DNA from: Paraconexibacteraceae bacterium
Lineage (GTDB): Bacteria; Actinomycetota; Thermoleophilia; Solirubrobacterales; Solirubrobacteraceae
Direction of reading: 5' to 3'
NCBI GenBank assembly: GCA_963727365.1
Contig: CAVSFU010000009.1
Coordinates: 253,853-317,852, forward strand
DNA length: 64,000 bases
Shown here: positions 1 to 8,535 of the stretch, in pieces
Layout: each line of letters opens with the position of its first letter
Position numbering within the stretch: the first letter of the stretch is position 1
Program-made: the position numbers and the translations under genes
Notes under the pieces: generated by a model
What the model was told of the DNA's origin: nothing
The model's database searches: none
What the model saw: only the letters and a program-made list of their open reading frames with translations

Positions 1-1885
1 TTGTGACGACGTACTTCGTGACGTCGCCGACGAAGTCGTCCAGTGGCCCGCCGCGGCCGCCGAGCAGCGCGCCGCCGCGGATGCGCGACGGTGCCTCGGC
101 CGCGAGCACGATCGCCTCGACGCCAAGGCGCCGCGCCTGCTCGACGATCGCGCGCCCGGCGCGGCGCGCGCGCACGGTCGCGGTCTGGACCTCGACGCCC
201 TCGTACTCCTCCCCGATCGCCTTCGCCCGCCGCAGCGCGGCCCGCGCCCGCTCGCGCTGCGCGTCGGGCAGGCGCGCGTCGATCGGCAGGGACATCGGGA
301 TCTCGAAGACCCACAACGCCTCGATCGTCGCGCCGTCTGCGGTGTCGTACTCGTCCTGCATGTCACCGGCCAGGCGGCCCGCGGTCTGGACGATGTCGTC
401 GTCCAGCGGCGTCCCGAAGATCGGCACGAGGATCGAGCCGAACTCGGCCTCCAGCGGCTTGTCCCCGCGCAGCGCCGCGGCAGGGACGGTAACGCGCTCG
501 AGCAACGGCTTGTCCGTCGCGCCACGGTAGATCAGGTAGAGCGCGATGCCGCCGACCATCCACCCGGCGCCGACGTAGCGCGCGCCGTCGTGGTAGACGA
601 CGACGCTCAGCCACGCAGCCGCCGCCAGCAGGCAACCGATCACGGCCGGCAGCGGCAGGTCGCCCGCGCCGACCCGCAGGTTCACCGGCATCCGGTAGGG
701 CCGCTTACGCGTCGGCTCGCGGTAGCGCAGCACGACGACAGAGAGGTGCGCGAGCGTCAGCGCCAGCAGTGCCCCGAAGGCGTAGATGCCCGTCAGCGCG
801 TCGAGGTCCTCGGGGATCGCCAGCGCCGCGGCAAACAGCGCGCCGAGCGCGATGAACACCCACGGTGTCCCCCAGCGCTTGTGCAGCCGGCCCAGGCGCG
901 ACGGGATCTGGCGGTTCAGCGACAGCGCGTAGGCCAGTCGCGACAGCCCGAGCATCGCCGAGTTGGCCGCGCCGACAAGCGTCAGCGTCGCCGCCGCGGC
1001 CAGCGAGTACTTGAGGATGTCCGCGAGCGTGCTCTGGCTGAGCGACTCGACGATGCCGATGATCGGGTCCTCGAGATGTTGCGCGGAGACCTGCTCGTTG
1101 CCCGGCAACGCGGTGACCGCGACGATCGCGATGCCGACGTAGACGACCGCGACGCTCGCCGTCGCGCTGGTAATCAGCCGCCGCAGCCCGGCTCCGCGCA
1201 CACCGACCTCGCCGGCGAGCCCCGATGCCGACTCCAGTCCCGTCAGCACGACGGTCGCGACGCCGAGCGCGAAGATCGCGTCGTCCCATTGCGGTGCGGT
1301 ACCGAGGTCGATCGGGTCGACGAGGCCGTCCCAGGTGAAGAACGTCAGCAGACCCGCGACGACGAGCGCGAGCTGCAGGACGATGTCCACCACCACGAGC
1401 ATCGCGAGACGCTCCGCGCGCCGGCGGCTGAAGCCGCGGGTCGTGCGGATCGCGACGAGCGCGATGATTCCCAGCGACATCACGATCTCGACGCCGCCTT
1501 CGTCCAGCGGCGACCAGAACGTCGCGGCGTAGTGCGTCGCGCAGACCGCGCAGACCGCGATCAGGATCAGGTAGTCGAGCAGGATCGCCCAGCCGGCGAT
1601 GAAGCTGACGAGCTCGTTGAACGCGTACCGCGCGAAGACCGTCGCGCCGCCGCGATCCTGGTGCAGCGAGGCGCCCTCGACGTACGTCATCGCGGCGAGC
1701 CCGAAGAACACGGTCGCGGCGAGGAAGACGACCGGTGTCAGCCCGAGCGCGTGGTCCACCACCACGCCGAGCGAGAAGTAGACGGCGCTGGCCAGCGACA
1801 CCCAGACGATCGCGAAGAGGACCGGTGAGCCGAGCCCGCGCTCGAGGCCCTCGCTCAGCGTCGGCAGCTCGCGCTCGTCAGCCAC
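1..1885 (-). CDS. APC-superfamily amino acid permease with a C-terminal universal stress protein (USP) domain. The 3' end runs off the window.
   Basis: Absent from the ORF track because no stop lies in the window. Manual translation from GTG 1885 gives VADERELPTLSEGLERGLGSPVLFAIVWVSLASAVYFSLG..., followed by many TM segments. The tail reads ...VEAIVLAAEAPSRIRGGALLGG..FVGDVTKYVV, which is USP-like. It is a paralog of 2083..3981. Confidence 0.8.
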   Translation of the reverse strand, partial: MADERELPTLSEGLERGLGSPVLFAIVWVSLASAVYFSLGVVVDHALGLTPVVFLAATVFFGLAAMTYVEGASLHQDRGGATVFARYAFNELVSFIAGWAILLDYLILIAVCAVCATHYAATFWSPLDEGGVEIVMSLGIIALVAIRTTRGFSRRRAERLAMLVVVDIVLQLALVVAGLLTFFTWDGLVDPIDLGTAPQWDDAIFALGVATVVLTGLESASGLAGEVGVRGAGLRRLITSATASVAVVYVGIAIVAVTALPGNEQVSAQHLEDPIIGIVESLSQSTLADILKYSLAAAATLTLVGAANSAMLGLSRLAYALSLNRQIPSRLGRLHKRWGTPWVFIALGALFAAALAIPEDLDALTGIYAFGALLALTLAHLSVVVLRYREPTRKRPYRMPVNLRVGAGDLPLPAVIGCLLAAAAWLSVVVYHDGARYVGAGWMVGGIALYLIYRGATDKPLLERVTVPAAALRGDKPLEAEFGSILVPIFGTPLDDDIVQTAGRLAGDMQDEYDTADGATIEALWVFEIPMSLPIDARLPDAQRERARAALRRAKAIGEEYEGVEVQTATVRARRAGRAIVEQARRLGVEAIVLAAEAPSRIRGGALLGGRGGPLDDFVGDVTKYVVT

Positions 1886-2069
1886 GACGCGCCACGTAGA
1901 GCCGGCCGGCGCCGGCGGCGACGAACAGCAGTCCGAGCAGGACACCCACGGCCAGTGGCCCGCCGCCGCGTGCGATCGTCGAGATCACCATCACGATCCC
2001 GATCACGACCATCGCGCTGGAGAGCGTCTTGGTCGCTGCGCCGTGCAGTTTGTCGGGAGGCTCGGACAA
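1878..2069 (-). CDS. Small hydrophobic membrane protein (44-63 aa) between the two permease genes.
   Basis: The ORF reads MVVIGIVMVISTIARGGGPLAVGVLLGLLFVAAGAGRLYVARRG, giving two TM helices. Its stop overlaps the GTG of the downstream permease (GTGGCTGA). The start could be TTG 2069 or an internal ATG. Confidence 0.45.
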   Translation of the reverse strand: MSEPPDKLHGAATKTLSSAMVVIGIVMVISTIARGGGPLAVGVLLGLLFVAAGAGRLYVARRG

Positions 2070-2082
2070 GGGCTCGGGAAGG

Positions 2083-3981
2083 CTACGCCGGACGCCGCTT
2101 GGCCGCGGTCTCCGGGTCGGTCTGGAGGATCACGCGGGTCGGCCGCTCCGCGAGCACGGTCTCGATCGTCTTGCCGAACACCGACCCACCGCTCCCACGC
2201 GCGGGCAGCGGCATCACGATCGCCTGGGCGCGCATCTGCTGGGCGGCGTTGATGATCTGGCGCCCGGCGCCGCCGGCGCGGACCTTGATCCAGCGCCCGG
2301 TGACCCGCCGGCCGCCGACGAGCTTGGCCTGCTCGATCACGGCCTGCGCCGCGAGCTCCTGCTCGGGCAGGTCGGCGTTCAGCGGCGACGACGCGGGCAC
2401 CGTGATCGTGACGAGCACGTGGATGCCGCGGCGCCGGCGCGCCGCGACGCGCGCGGCTGTGGCGATCGCGCCCGGGGAGAACGACTTCGCCTCCAACGCG
2501 ACGAGCACCGACTCGTACTCGGCCTCGTGGTCGACGACCGGTTGCGGGATCGCGACCTTCGTCGTCGTCGTGAGGTCCAGCCCGTGGCGGCGGCGGTAGA
2601 CCGGGTAGACGATGCAGCCGAGCAGCAGCCAGCCGATGCCGGCAGCGGCGACGTCGAGGTGCAGCAGCGTGACGACCAGGAACGCAAGCCCCGTGCCAAG
2701 GCCGCCGAGCACGGCAAACAGCGGCAGCTTGCGCCCGGCGACCGTGATGATGCCCGGCCCGCGGAAGGGGCGTTCCTTGTCGGGCTGGGTCAAGCGCAGT
2801 CGCACCACGGCGGCGTGCGCGATCGTGAACGACAGCATCGCCCCGAACGCGTAGATATTGCCGAGGAAGTCGGCCTTGCCCGGGATCATCGCCAGGCACG
2901 CGACCGCACCGAACAGGAGGATCCCGACCCACGGCGTGCCGAACTTCGGGTGCAGCTGGCGCAGCCGGTCGGGCACCTGGCGGTGCAGGCCCATCGAGTA
3001 GACCAGGCGCGAGACGCCGATGATGCCGGCGTTCGTCGCGATGAAGAGGATCGTCGCGGCGAGCAGGCCAACGTAGATCTCCCCCGGCGCCTGCAGGAAA
3101 CCGAGGTCCATCTCCTTCACGACGCCGAGCACCGGGTCGCCCGCGAAGCCGCCCTCCTCCTCGGAGAGCCCGAGCTTGGTGACGTACTCGCCGTCGGCGT
3201 TCTGCGTCACCGGCAGCGCGCTGAGCGCGACCATCGGCAGCAGCGCGTAGATCGCAAAGACGGCGATCACGACGCGGTTGATCGCCGCGGGGATCGTCTT
3301 CGTCTCGTCCTTGGCCTCCTCGGCCATGTTCGAGATCGTCTCGATGCCGGTGTAGGCGATCATGCCGATCGGGATCGCCAGAAAGAAGTCCTTCCACGAC
3401 GGCGCGACACCGAAGTCGATGTTGTCGACGAGCGTCCCGGGGTCGAAGACGAGAAACAGCCCGACCATCACGAGCAGCAGCTGCGTCGCGAAGTCGATCA
3501 CCGCGAGCGCCACGTTCACGCCGGCCGACTCCTTCACGCCGATCACGTTCACGAGGCTCAGCAGGATCACGACGCCGATCCCGAAGAAGATGTCGCCGGG
3601 CGCATGGCGCAGGGCCTCGACGCCGATGATGCTGCCGAGGTAGTGGGGCACGAAGAACGCCGAGATGGCGATCGTGATGATGTAGTTGAGCATCTGGCCC
3701 CACGCGGCGACGAAGGACCAGAACTCGTTGAACGCGTGGCGCGCGAAGGAGCTCGAGCCGCCCGCCTCCGGGTACATCGCCGTGGCCTCGGCGTAGGTGG
3801 AGGCCGTCAAGTAGAAGATGAAGCCGGTGATCACGAAGACCACCGGCGTCAGCCCGAGGGCGAAGCTCGCGACGAGGCCGAGCGCGTAGTAGATCGATGA
3901 CCCGACGTTGCCGTACGCGGTGGCGGAGAGGGCATTCACCCCCAGCACGCGCTGGAGGCCGTGGAGTCGGCGCTCGGCCAA
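2083..3981 (-). CDS. APC-superfamily amino acid permease fused to a C-terminal USP domain.
   Basis: 632-aa ORF with N-terminus NALSATAYGNVGSSIYYALG and about 12 TM segments. The C-terminus reads YESVLVALEAKSF...GIHVLVTITVP...AIVMPLPARGSGGSVFGKTIETVLAERPTRVIL, which is USP-like. The start is TTG. Confidence 0.85.
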   Translation of the reverse strand: MAERRLHGLQRVLGVNALSATAYGNVGSSIYYALGLVASFALGLTPVVFVITGFIFYLTASTYAEATAMYPEAGGSSSFARHAFNEFWSFVAAWGQMLNYIITIAISAFFVPHYLGSIIGVEALRHAPGDIFFGIGVVILLSLVNVIGVKESAGVNVALAVIDFATQLLLVMVGLFLVFDPGTLVDNIDFGVAPSWKDFFLAIPIGMIAYTGIETISNMAEEAKDETKTIPAAINRVVIAVFAIYALLPMVALSALPVTQNADGEYVTKLGLSEEEGGFAGDPVLGVVKEMDLGFLQAPGEIYVGLLAATILFIATNAGIIGVSRLVYSMGLHRQVPDRLRQLHPKFGTPWVGILLFGAVACLAMIPGKADFLGNIYAFGAMLSFTIAHAAVVRLRLTQPDKERPFRGPGIITVAGRKLPLFAVLGGLGTGLAFLVVTLLHLDVAAAGIGWLLLGCIVYPVYRRRHGLDLTTTTKVAIPQPVVDHEAEYESVLVALEAKSFSPGAIATAARVAARRRRGIHVLVTITVPASSPLNADLPEQELAAQAVIEQAKLVGGRRVTGRWIKVRAGGAGRQIINAAQQMRAQAIVMPLPARGSGGSVFGKTIETVLAERPTRVILQTDPETAAKRRPA

Positions 3982-4007
3982 GGCGCCGCAGTCTAATGCG
4001 GCGCCTT
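3980..4007. terminator. Perfect 11-bp stem with a 6-nt loop, lying between the MFS 3' end and the permease 5' end.
   Basis: The sequence is aaggcgccgca-gtctaa-tgcggcgcctt. It has no clear U-tract and overlaps the TTG start of 2083..3981. Confidence 0.35.
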
Positions 4008-4021
4008 GTCCAAGCGGTATC

Positions 4022-5455
4022 TCAGTCCCTGGCGAGCGCGGGTACGGCCTCGCGGCGAATGCCGACGAGCCCGCTCAGAGCGACGAGCATGCCGAGCAGC
4101 GCGACGCCCGTGACGACACCGATCGCGGGACGGATGCCATCGAGGATCGCGGCGTCACCCTGCCCCTGGCTTGCGATCACCGCGGTCACGACGGAGACGC
4201 CGATCGCGCCGCCGAGCTGGAAGGACGCCTGCACGAGGCCCGACGCCAGACCCTGCTCGTGATCGGCGACACCGTCGGTGGCCTGCATGTTGAACGACGG
4301 GAACGACAACGCGAAGCCGATGCCGAGCAGCAGGATCGTCGGCAGGATCACGAGCGCGTAGGAAGGCGACGCGTCGATCCGCAGGAAGAGCGCGTAGCCG
4401 ACGACGAACGCGATCGCGCCGCCGAGCAGAAGCGTCTGCGTCCCGACGCGGTCCACGAGCGGCCCGATCCGCGGCGCGCCGAACGCGACGAGCAGACCCG
4501 CGGGCAGGAACGCCAGCGCTGTCTCGAGCGCGGTCCAGCCCAGCAGCGACTGCATGTAGAGCGTCGCGACGAACTGGAACCCGATGTACGCGCCGAAGAC
4601 CGTCATCGCACCCAGGTTGGCGCGGACGATCGACCCGCTGCGCAGCAGTCCCAGGCGCACGAGCGGCTGCTTGGAGCGCGTCTCGATCTGCAGGAACGCG
4701 GCAACCAGCGCGGCGACGATCGCAAACGACGCGACGATCGTCGGTGAACCCCAGCCGCTGTTGGGTGCCTCGACGACCGTGCGGACGAGCAGCAGCATCG
4801 CGCCCGTGATCGCGACGGCGCCGGCGATGTCGTAGTGGCGGCGCTGCACGGACGGCTTGTCGGCGTCGATGAAGCGCGGGACCAGGAACAGCAGCGCGAG
4901 CGCGATCGGGCCGGGCACCACGAACGTCCAGCGCCAGCCGATGGTGGTCAGCAGGCCACCGAGGATCAAGCCCATCGAGAAGCCGGACGCGCCGACGCCG
5001 GTGTAGATCGCCAGCGCCTTGTTGCGCGCAGGCCCTTCAGGGAACGTCGTCGTGATCAATGAGAGCCCGGCCGGCGCGGTGAACGCAGCGGCGACGCCCT
5101 TGATGATGCGCGTCGCGACGAGCAGCGTGCCGTCGGAGACGAACGCACCGAGCAGCGAGGCGACGGCAAAGACGCCGAGCGCGTAGATCAATACGCGGCG
5201 ACGGCCGAGCAGGTCAGCGGCGCGTCCGCCGAGCAACAGCAGGCCGCCGTAGCCGAGCACGTAGCCCGAGACGATCCACTGCAGCTGTGAGGTGGAGAGC
5301 CCGAGGTCCGACTCGATCGAGGGCAGCGCGACGCCCACCATCGAGACGTCGAGCCCGTCGAGGAACAGGACGCCGCAGAGGATGATCAGCGCGCCCCAGA
5401 GGCGCGCATCCCATCGTCCCTCGGCGACGTCGGAAGAAGTTGGGGAAGAAGCCAT
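4022..5455 (-). CDS. MFS transporter, DHA2/EmrB-like 14-TMS drug:H+ antiporter family.
   Basis: The motifs LDGLDVSMVGVALPSI and GGRAADLLGRRRV are present, with about 14 TM segments. Start is placed at MASSPTSS (5455). The track ORF extends to 5497, which runs into the AT-rich promoter region. Confidence 0.85.
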   Translation of the reverse strand: MASSPTSSDVAEGRWDARLWGALIILCGVLFLDGLDVSMVGVALPSIESDLGLSTSQLQWIVSGYVLGYGGLLLLGGRAADLLGRRRVLIYALGVFAVASLLGAFVSDGTLLVATRIIKGVAAAFTAPAGLSLITTTFPEGPARNKALAIYTGVGASGFSMGLILGGLLTTIGWRWTFVVPGPIALALLFLVPRFIDADKPSVQRRHYDIAGAVAITGAMLLLVRTVVEAPNSGWGSPTIVASFAIVAALVAAFLQIETRSKQPLVRLGLLRSGSIVRANLGAMTVFGAYIGFQFVATLYMQSLLGWTALETALAFLPAGLLVAFGAPRIGPLVDRVGTQTLLLGGAIAFVVGYALFLRIDASPSYALVILPTILLLGIGFALSFPSFNMQATDGVADHEQGLASGLVQASFQLGGAIGVSVVTAVIASQGQGDAAILDGIRPAIGVVTGVALLGMLVALSGLVGIRREAVPALARD

Positions 5456-5470
5456 GCGTCGAGACTCTAG

Positions 5471-5482
5471 ATGCACGTGCAT
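5471..5482. promoter_or_regulatory. Perfect 12-bp palindrome ATGCACGTGCAT in the MFS/MarR divergent intergenic region; candidate MarR operator.
   Basis: The sequence is self-complementary. A second weak palindrome, AATGTcaACATT, lies at 5506-5517. This is the only AT-rich stretch in the area. Confidence 0.4.
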
Positions 5483-5546
5483 GTATTTCGGATGCAATTG
5501 TTTCTAATGTCAACATTTGCGGAATCTTGATACCGTGTAAGGGCTG

Positions 5547-5924
5547 ATGAGCACCACGCGCGAGATCACTGAGGTATGGCGAGACATGCGCTGTGGCTAT
5601 TCGCGCGTGCTCAACGCCCTGGAGCGCGCGCTGCAGGCCGAGCACGGGATCTCCGCCACGGAGTACGAGGTGCTCGAGCACCTCGCCGTCGCCGAGAAGG
5701 ACCAGCGGCGCATGCAGGAGCTCTCCGAGGCAGTCAACCTCAGCCAGAGCGCGCTCTCGCGCCTCGTCGGCCGCCTGGAGTCCGAGGGCCTCGTCTACCG
5801 CTCGATCTGCACCGAGGACCGGCGCGGGATCTTCACGTGCCTGACGGACGAGGGCCGCGCCCGCTACCAGGCCGCGCGCCCGACGCAGCGCCAGGTGCTC
5901 GCGGCCGAGCTGCACGATCGCTGA
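5547..5924 (+). CDS. MarR family transcriptional regulator.
   Basis: 125 aa with a winged-HTH region, YEVLEHLAVAEKDQRRMQELSEAVNLSQSALSRLVGRLESEGLV..DRRG. It is divergent from the MFS pump. Confidence 0.9.
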   Translation: MSTTREITEVWRDMRCGYSRVLNALERALQAEHGISATEYEVLEHLAVAEKDQRRMQELSEAVNLSQSALSRLVGRLESEGLVYRSICTEDRRGIFTCLTDEGRARYQAARPTQRQVLAAELHDR

Positions 5925-5925
5925 A

Positions 5926-6738
5926 CCCCTCGTCATCGCCCACCGTGGCGCGTCCGCGTACCGCCCGGAGCACACGCTGGCTTCCTACGAGCTCGCGGCG
6001 CGCATGGGCGCCGACTACATCGAGCCCGACCTCGTGTCGACGAAGGACGGCGTGCTGGTCGCGCGCCACGAGCCGCAGATCGGCGGCACGACCGATGTTG
6101 CCGACCACCCCGAGTTCGCTTCACGCCGTCGCGACGGCGACTGGATCGTCGAGGACTTCACGCTCGCCGAGCTGAAGACGCTGCGCGCGAAGGAGCGCCT
6201 TCCCGAGCTGCGGCCGCAGAACACCAGCTACGACGGACAGTTCGAGATCCCGACGTTCGACGAGGTGCTGGCGCTACGCAAGCGCATGTCGCGCGAGCTC
6301 GGCCGCACGATCGGCGTCTATCCCGAGACGAAGCATCCATCGCACTTCTCGGCGATCGGTCTCGACCTCACTCCCCCACTGCTCGCGGCGCTGGACGACG
6401 AGCAGGACGTCTTCATCCAATCCTTCGAGGACGGCAACCTGCGCGACTTCCACGCTCGCGGTGTGCCGTGGCCGCTGGTGCAGCTGCTGATCCCCGGCCA
6501 GCCGTTCGACGTTGCCGAGATCGCGGCCTACGCGGCGGCGATCGGGCCGCACTTCTCAGTCGTCGACGAGCGGCTCGTCGCGGACGCGCACGCTGCGGGT
6601 CTCGCCGTCCACACGTGGGTCTTCCGCGCCGAGGACGCGGACATGGCCGGCGAGCTGCGGCGCTGCCTCGCGGCCGGGGTTGACGGCGTGTTCACCGACA
6701 ACCCCGACCTTGGAGTCGGAGCTAGAGACAGACGGTGA
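5926..6738 (+). CDS. Glycerophosphodiester phosphodiesterase (GDPD family); start codon unresolved.
   Basis: In-frame PLVIAHRGASAYRPEHTLASYELAARMGADYIEPDLVSTKDGVLVARHE carries the HRG and E.D motifs. That conserved N-terminus lies upstream of the first ATG (6004). No ATG, GTG or TTG occurs in frame after the stop at 5842-5844. Confidence 0.8.
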   Translation, partial: PLVIAHRGASAYRPEHTLASYELAARMGADYIEPDLVSTKDGVLVARHEPQIGGTTDVADHPEFASRRRDGDWIVEDFTLAELKTLRAKERLPELRPQNTSYDGQFEIPTFDEVLALRKRMSRELGRTIGVYPETKHPSHFSAIGLDLTPPLLAALDDEQDVFIQSFEDGNLRDFHARGVPWPLVQLLIPGQPFDVAEIAAYAAAIGPHFSVVDERLVADAHAAGLAVHTWVFRAEDADMAGELRRCLAAGVDGVFTDNPDLGVGARDRR

Positions 6739-8456
6739 TCGGTTTGCCGAGCAGGTCCAGCCCGACGTAGAGCAGGTTGCAGCGCCGGAACGTGAACGTG
6801 CGTGTCGCCGGCGTCGGGTCGACGTTGCCGGCGCCGTCGATCGCGCGGACCGCGAACGTGTGCGTGCCCGGGCCGATGCCGCCGATCGTCTTCGGGGACG
6901 TGCACGGCTGCGAACGCGGCGTTGTCCAGTCGGCACTCGAACGTCGCGCCGGCCTCGGACGTGAACGTCCAGGTCTGCGTCGTCGTCGGGTTCGTGCTGT
7001 GCACCGTGCCCGTCGGCCCGCCGGTGATCGTCGTGTCGGGCGGCGTCGCGTCGACCGTGAACGTCACCGACGCAGGCGTGGCGTCGACGTAGCCGTCGGC
7101 GTCGATCGCGCGCACCTCGACGGTGTGCGTGCCGGTGCCGAGCGTCGGCTGGTAGGGCGACGTGCAGGCGCTGAAGTCACCCTCGCCGACGACGCGGCAC
7201 TCGAACGTCGAGTTCGCTTCGTCGGAGGTGAGCGTGATCGACGGCGCGTTCGTGGGCTGCGCGGGCCCGTCCGTCGTCGTCTGCGGCGGGTTGGTCTCGT
7301 ACGCGCCCGCGTCGCAGGCCTCGCCCTCCGGGCGCGGCTCGCCGCGCGCGTCGGTCGTCGGGCAGCTCGCCCCGCCGAGGTCGATCGCGGGGCTGCCGGG
7401 CAGCGGGCGGTACAGCCAGACGCCGCTGTGCTGGCCGATCGAGGACATCTTCGGGTCGGCGTTCGTCCCGAAACCGCACGTGTTGTGCGGCCACTCGATG
7501 TTGCCGCCGCCGTCGACGATCGCGCCTCCGAAGACCGTGTTGCACGGCGGCGAGGTCGCCGGGGCGGTCGAGTCGTTGTCGGTGACGATCGTGTCCGTGA
7601 CGTTGATCGTCGCGGTGCCACCTCCGCTCGCGAGCGTGAACAGCGCAGTGCCCGGCTGGGTCCCGCTGCCGCCGTTGTCGGCGAACGTCGACGAGGCGAC
7701 GTCGGCGACACCGCTGTCGGTGCCGCTGTTGAGGACGGCAAGGCCGCCGATGGCGTTGCTAGCGCGGTTGTTTGCGAAGGTGACGTTCTCGTAGGTCCAC
7801 GTGCCACCGGCCTGCTGCATCCCGGCACCGCTGGTCGCGGAGTTGCTCAGGAACGTCGTCGCGCGAACCGTGCCGGTCGCGCTGGTCGCGTGCATCCCGC
7901 CGCCGGTGGACCCGGTGTTGAGGGCGAGCAGCGCACGGTTGAGGTGAGCCTGTCCACCGATCGCGTGGATCGCGCCGCCGGGGCCGTTGGCGGCGTTGAA
8001 CGTGAGCGTCACGTCGTTGAGGCGCAGATCGCCGATGAACGACAAGACGGCCCCACCGCCCTGGCCGCTACCGGTCAGGCGGCCGCCGCCGATGGACAGC
8101 TCGTTGAGCACGAGCTGCGTGTTGGTGACCGCCAAGATGCGGAAGGGCGCGACGGCGGCGCCGCTGCGTTCGATCGTCGCGCCGTGGCCGTTGACCGTCA
8201 GCGGCGCGGTGACGATCGGCAGGCCGATCCCGCCGGCGGCGGGGTCGACGGGGTTCGTCAGCGAGAACGTGCACGGCGATGCGTCGGCGATCTCGATCGT
8301 GTCGGCGCCGGCGGTCGCGTTGGCATCCGTGATCGCGTTGCGCAGCCCGGTGACGTCACCGCACGCCACGTTGATCGTCGCTGCTGACGCCTGCTGTGCC
8401 ACCGCGCCGCAGCCGATGATCGCCAGCAGCGTGACGACGTTCCCCAACCTGCGCAT
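6722..8456 (-). pseudogene. Secreted right-handed beta-helix (pectin-lyase-fold/Pmp-repeat-like) protein with two C-terminal Ig-like FEC modules; frame broken near 6905.
   Basis: It has a signal peptide, MRRLGNVVTLLAIIGCGAVAQQASA, and GGAI/GGG-type repeats. The modules read FECRVVGEGDFSACTSP..HTVEVRAIDADG and FECRLDNAAFAA|CTSPKTIGGIGPGTHTFAVRAIDGAGNVDP. The second module is only readable after a 1-nt shift, and the true stop is then at 6722. Confidence 0.75.
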
Positions 8457-8535
8457 CCCGGGCCCCCTGCCCTCGCTCTCACGAAGCAGGCTAACACGAG
8501 AAGGGCGGTCTTTCGACCGCCCTCCCCGGCACCTC

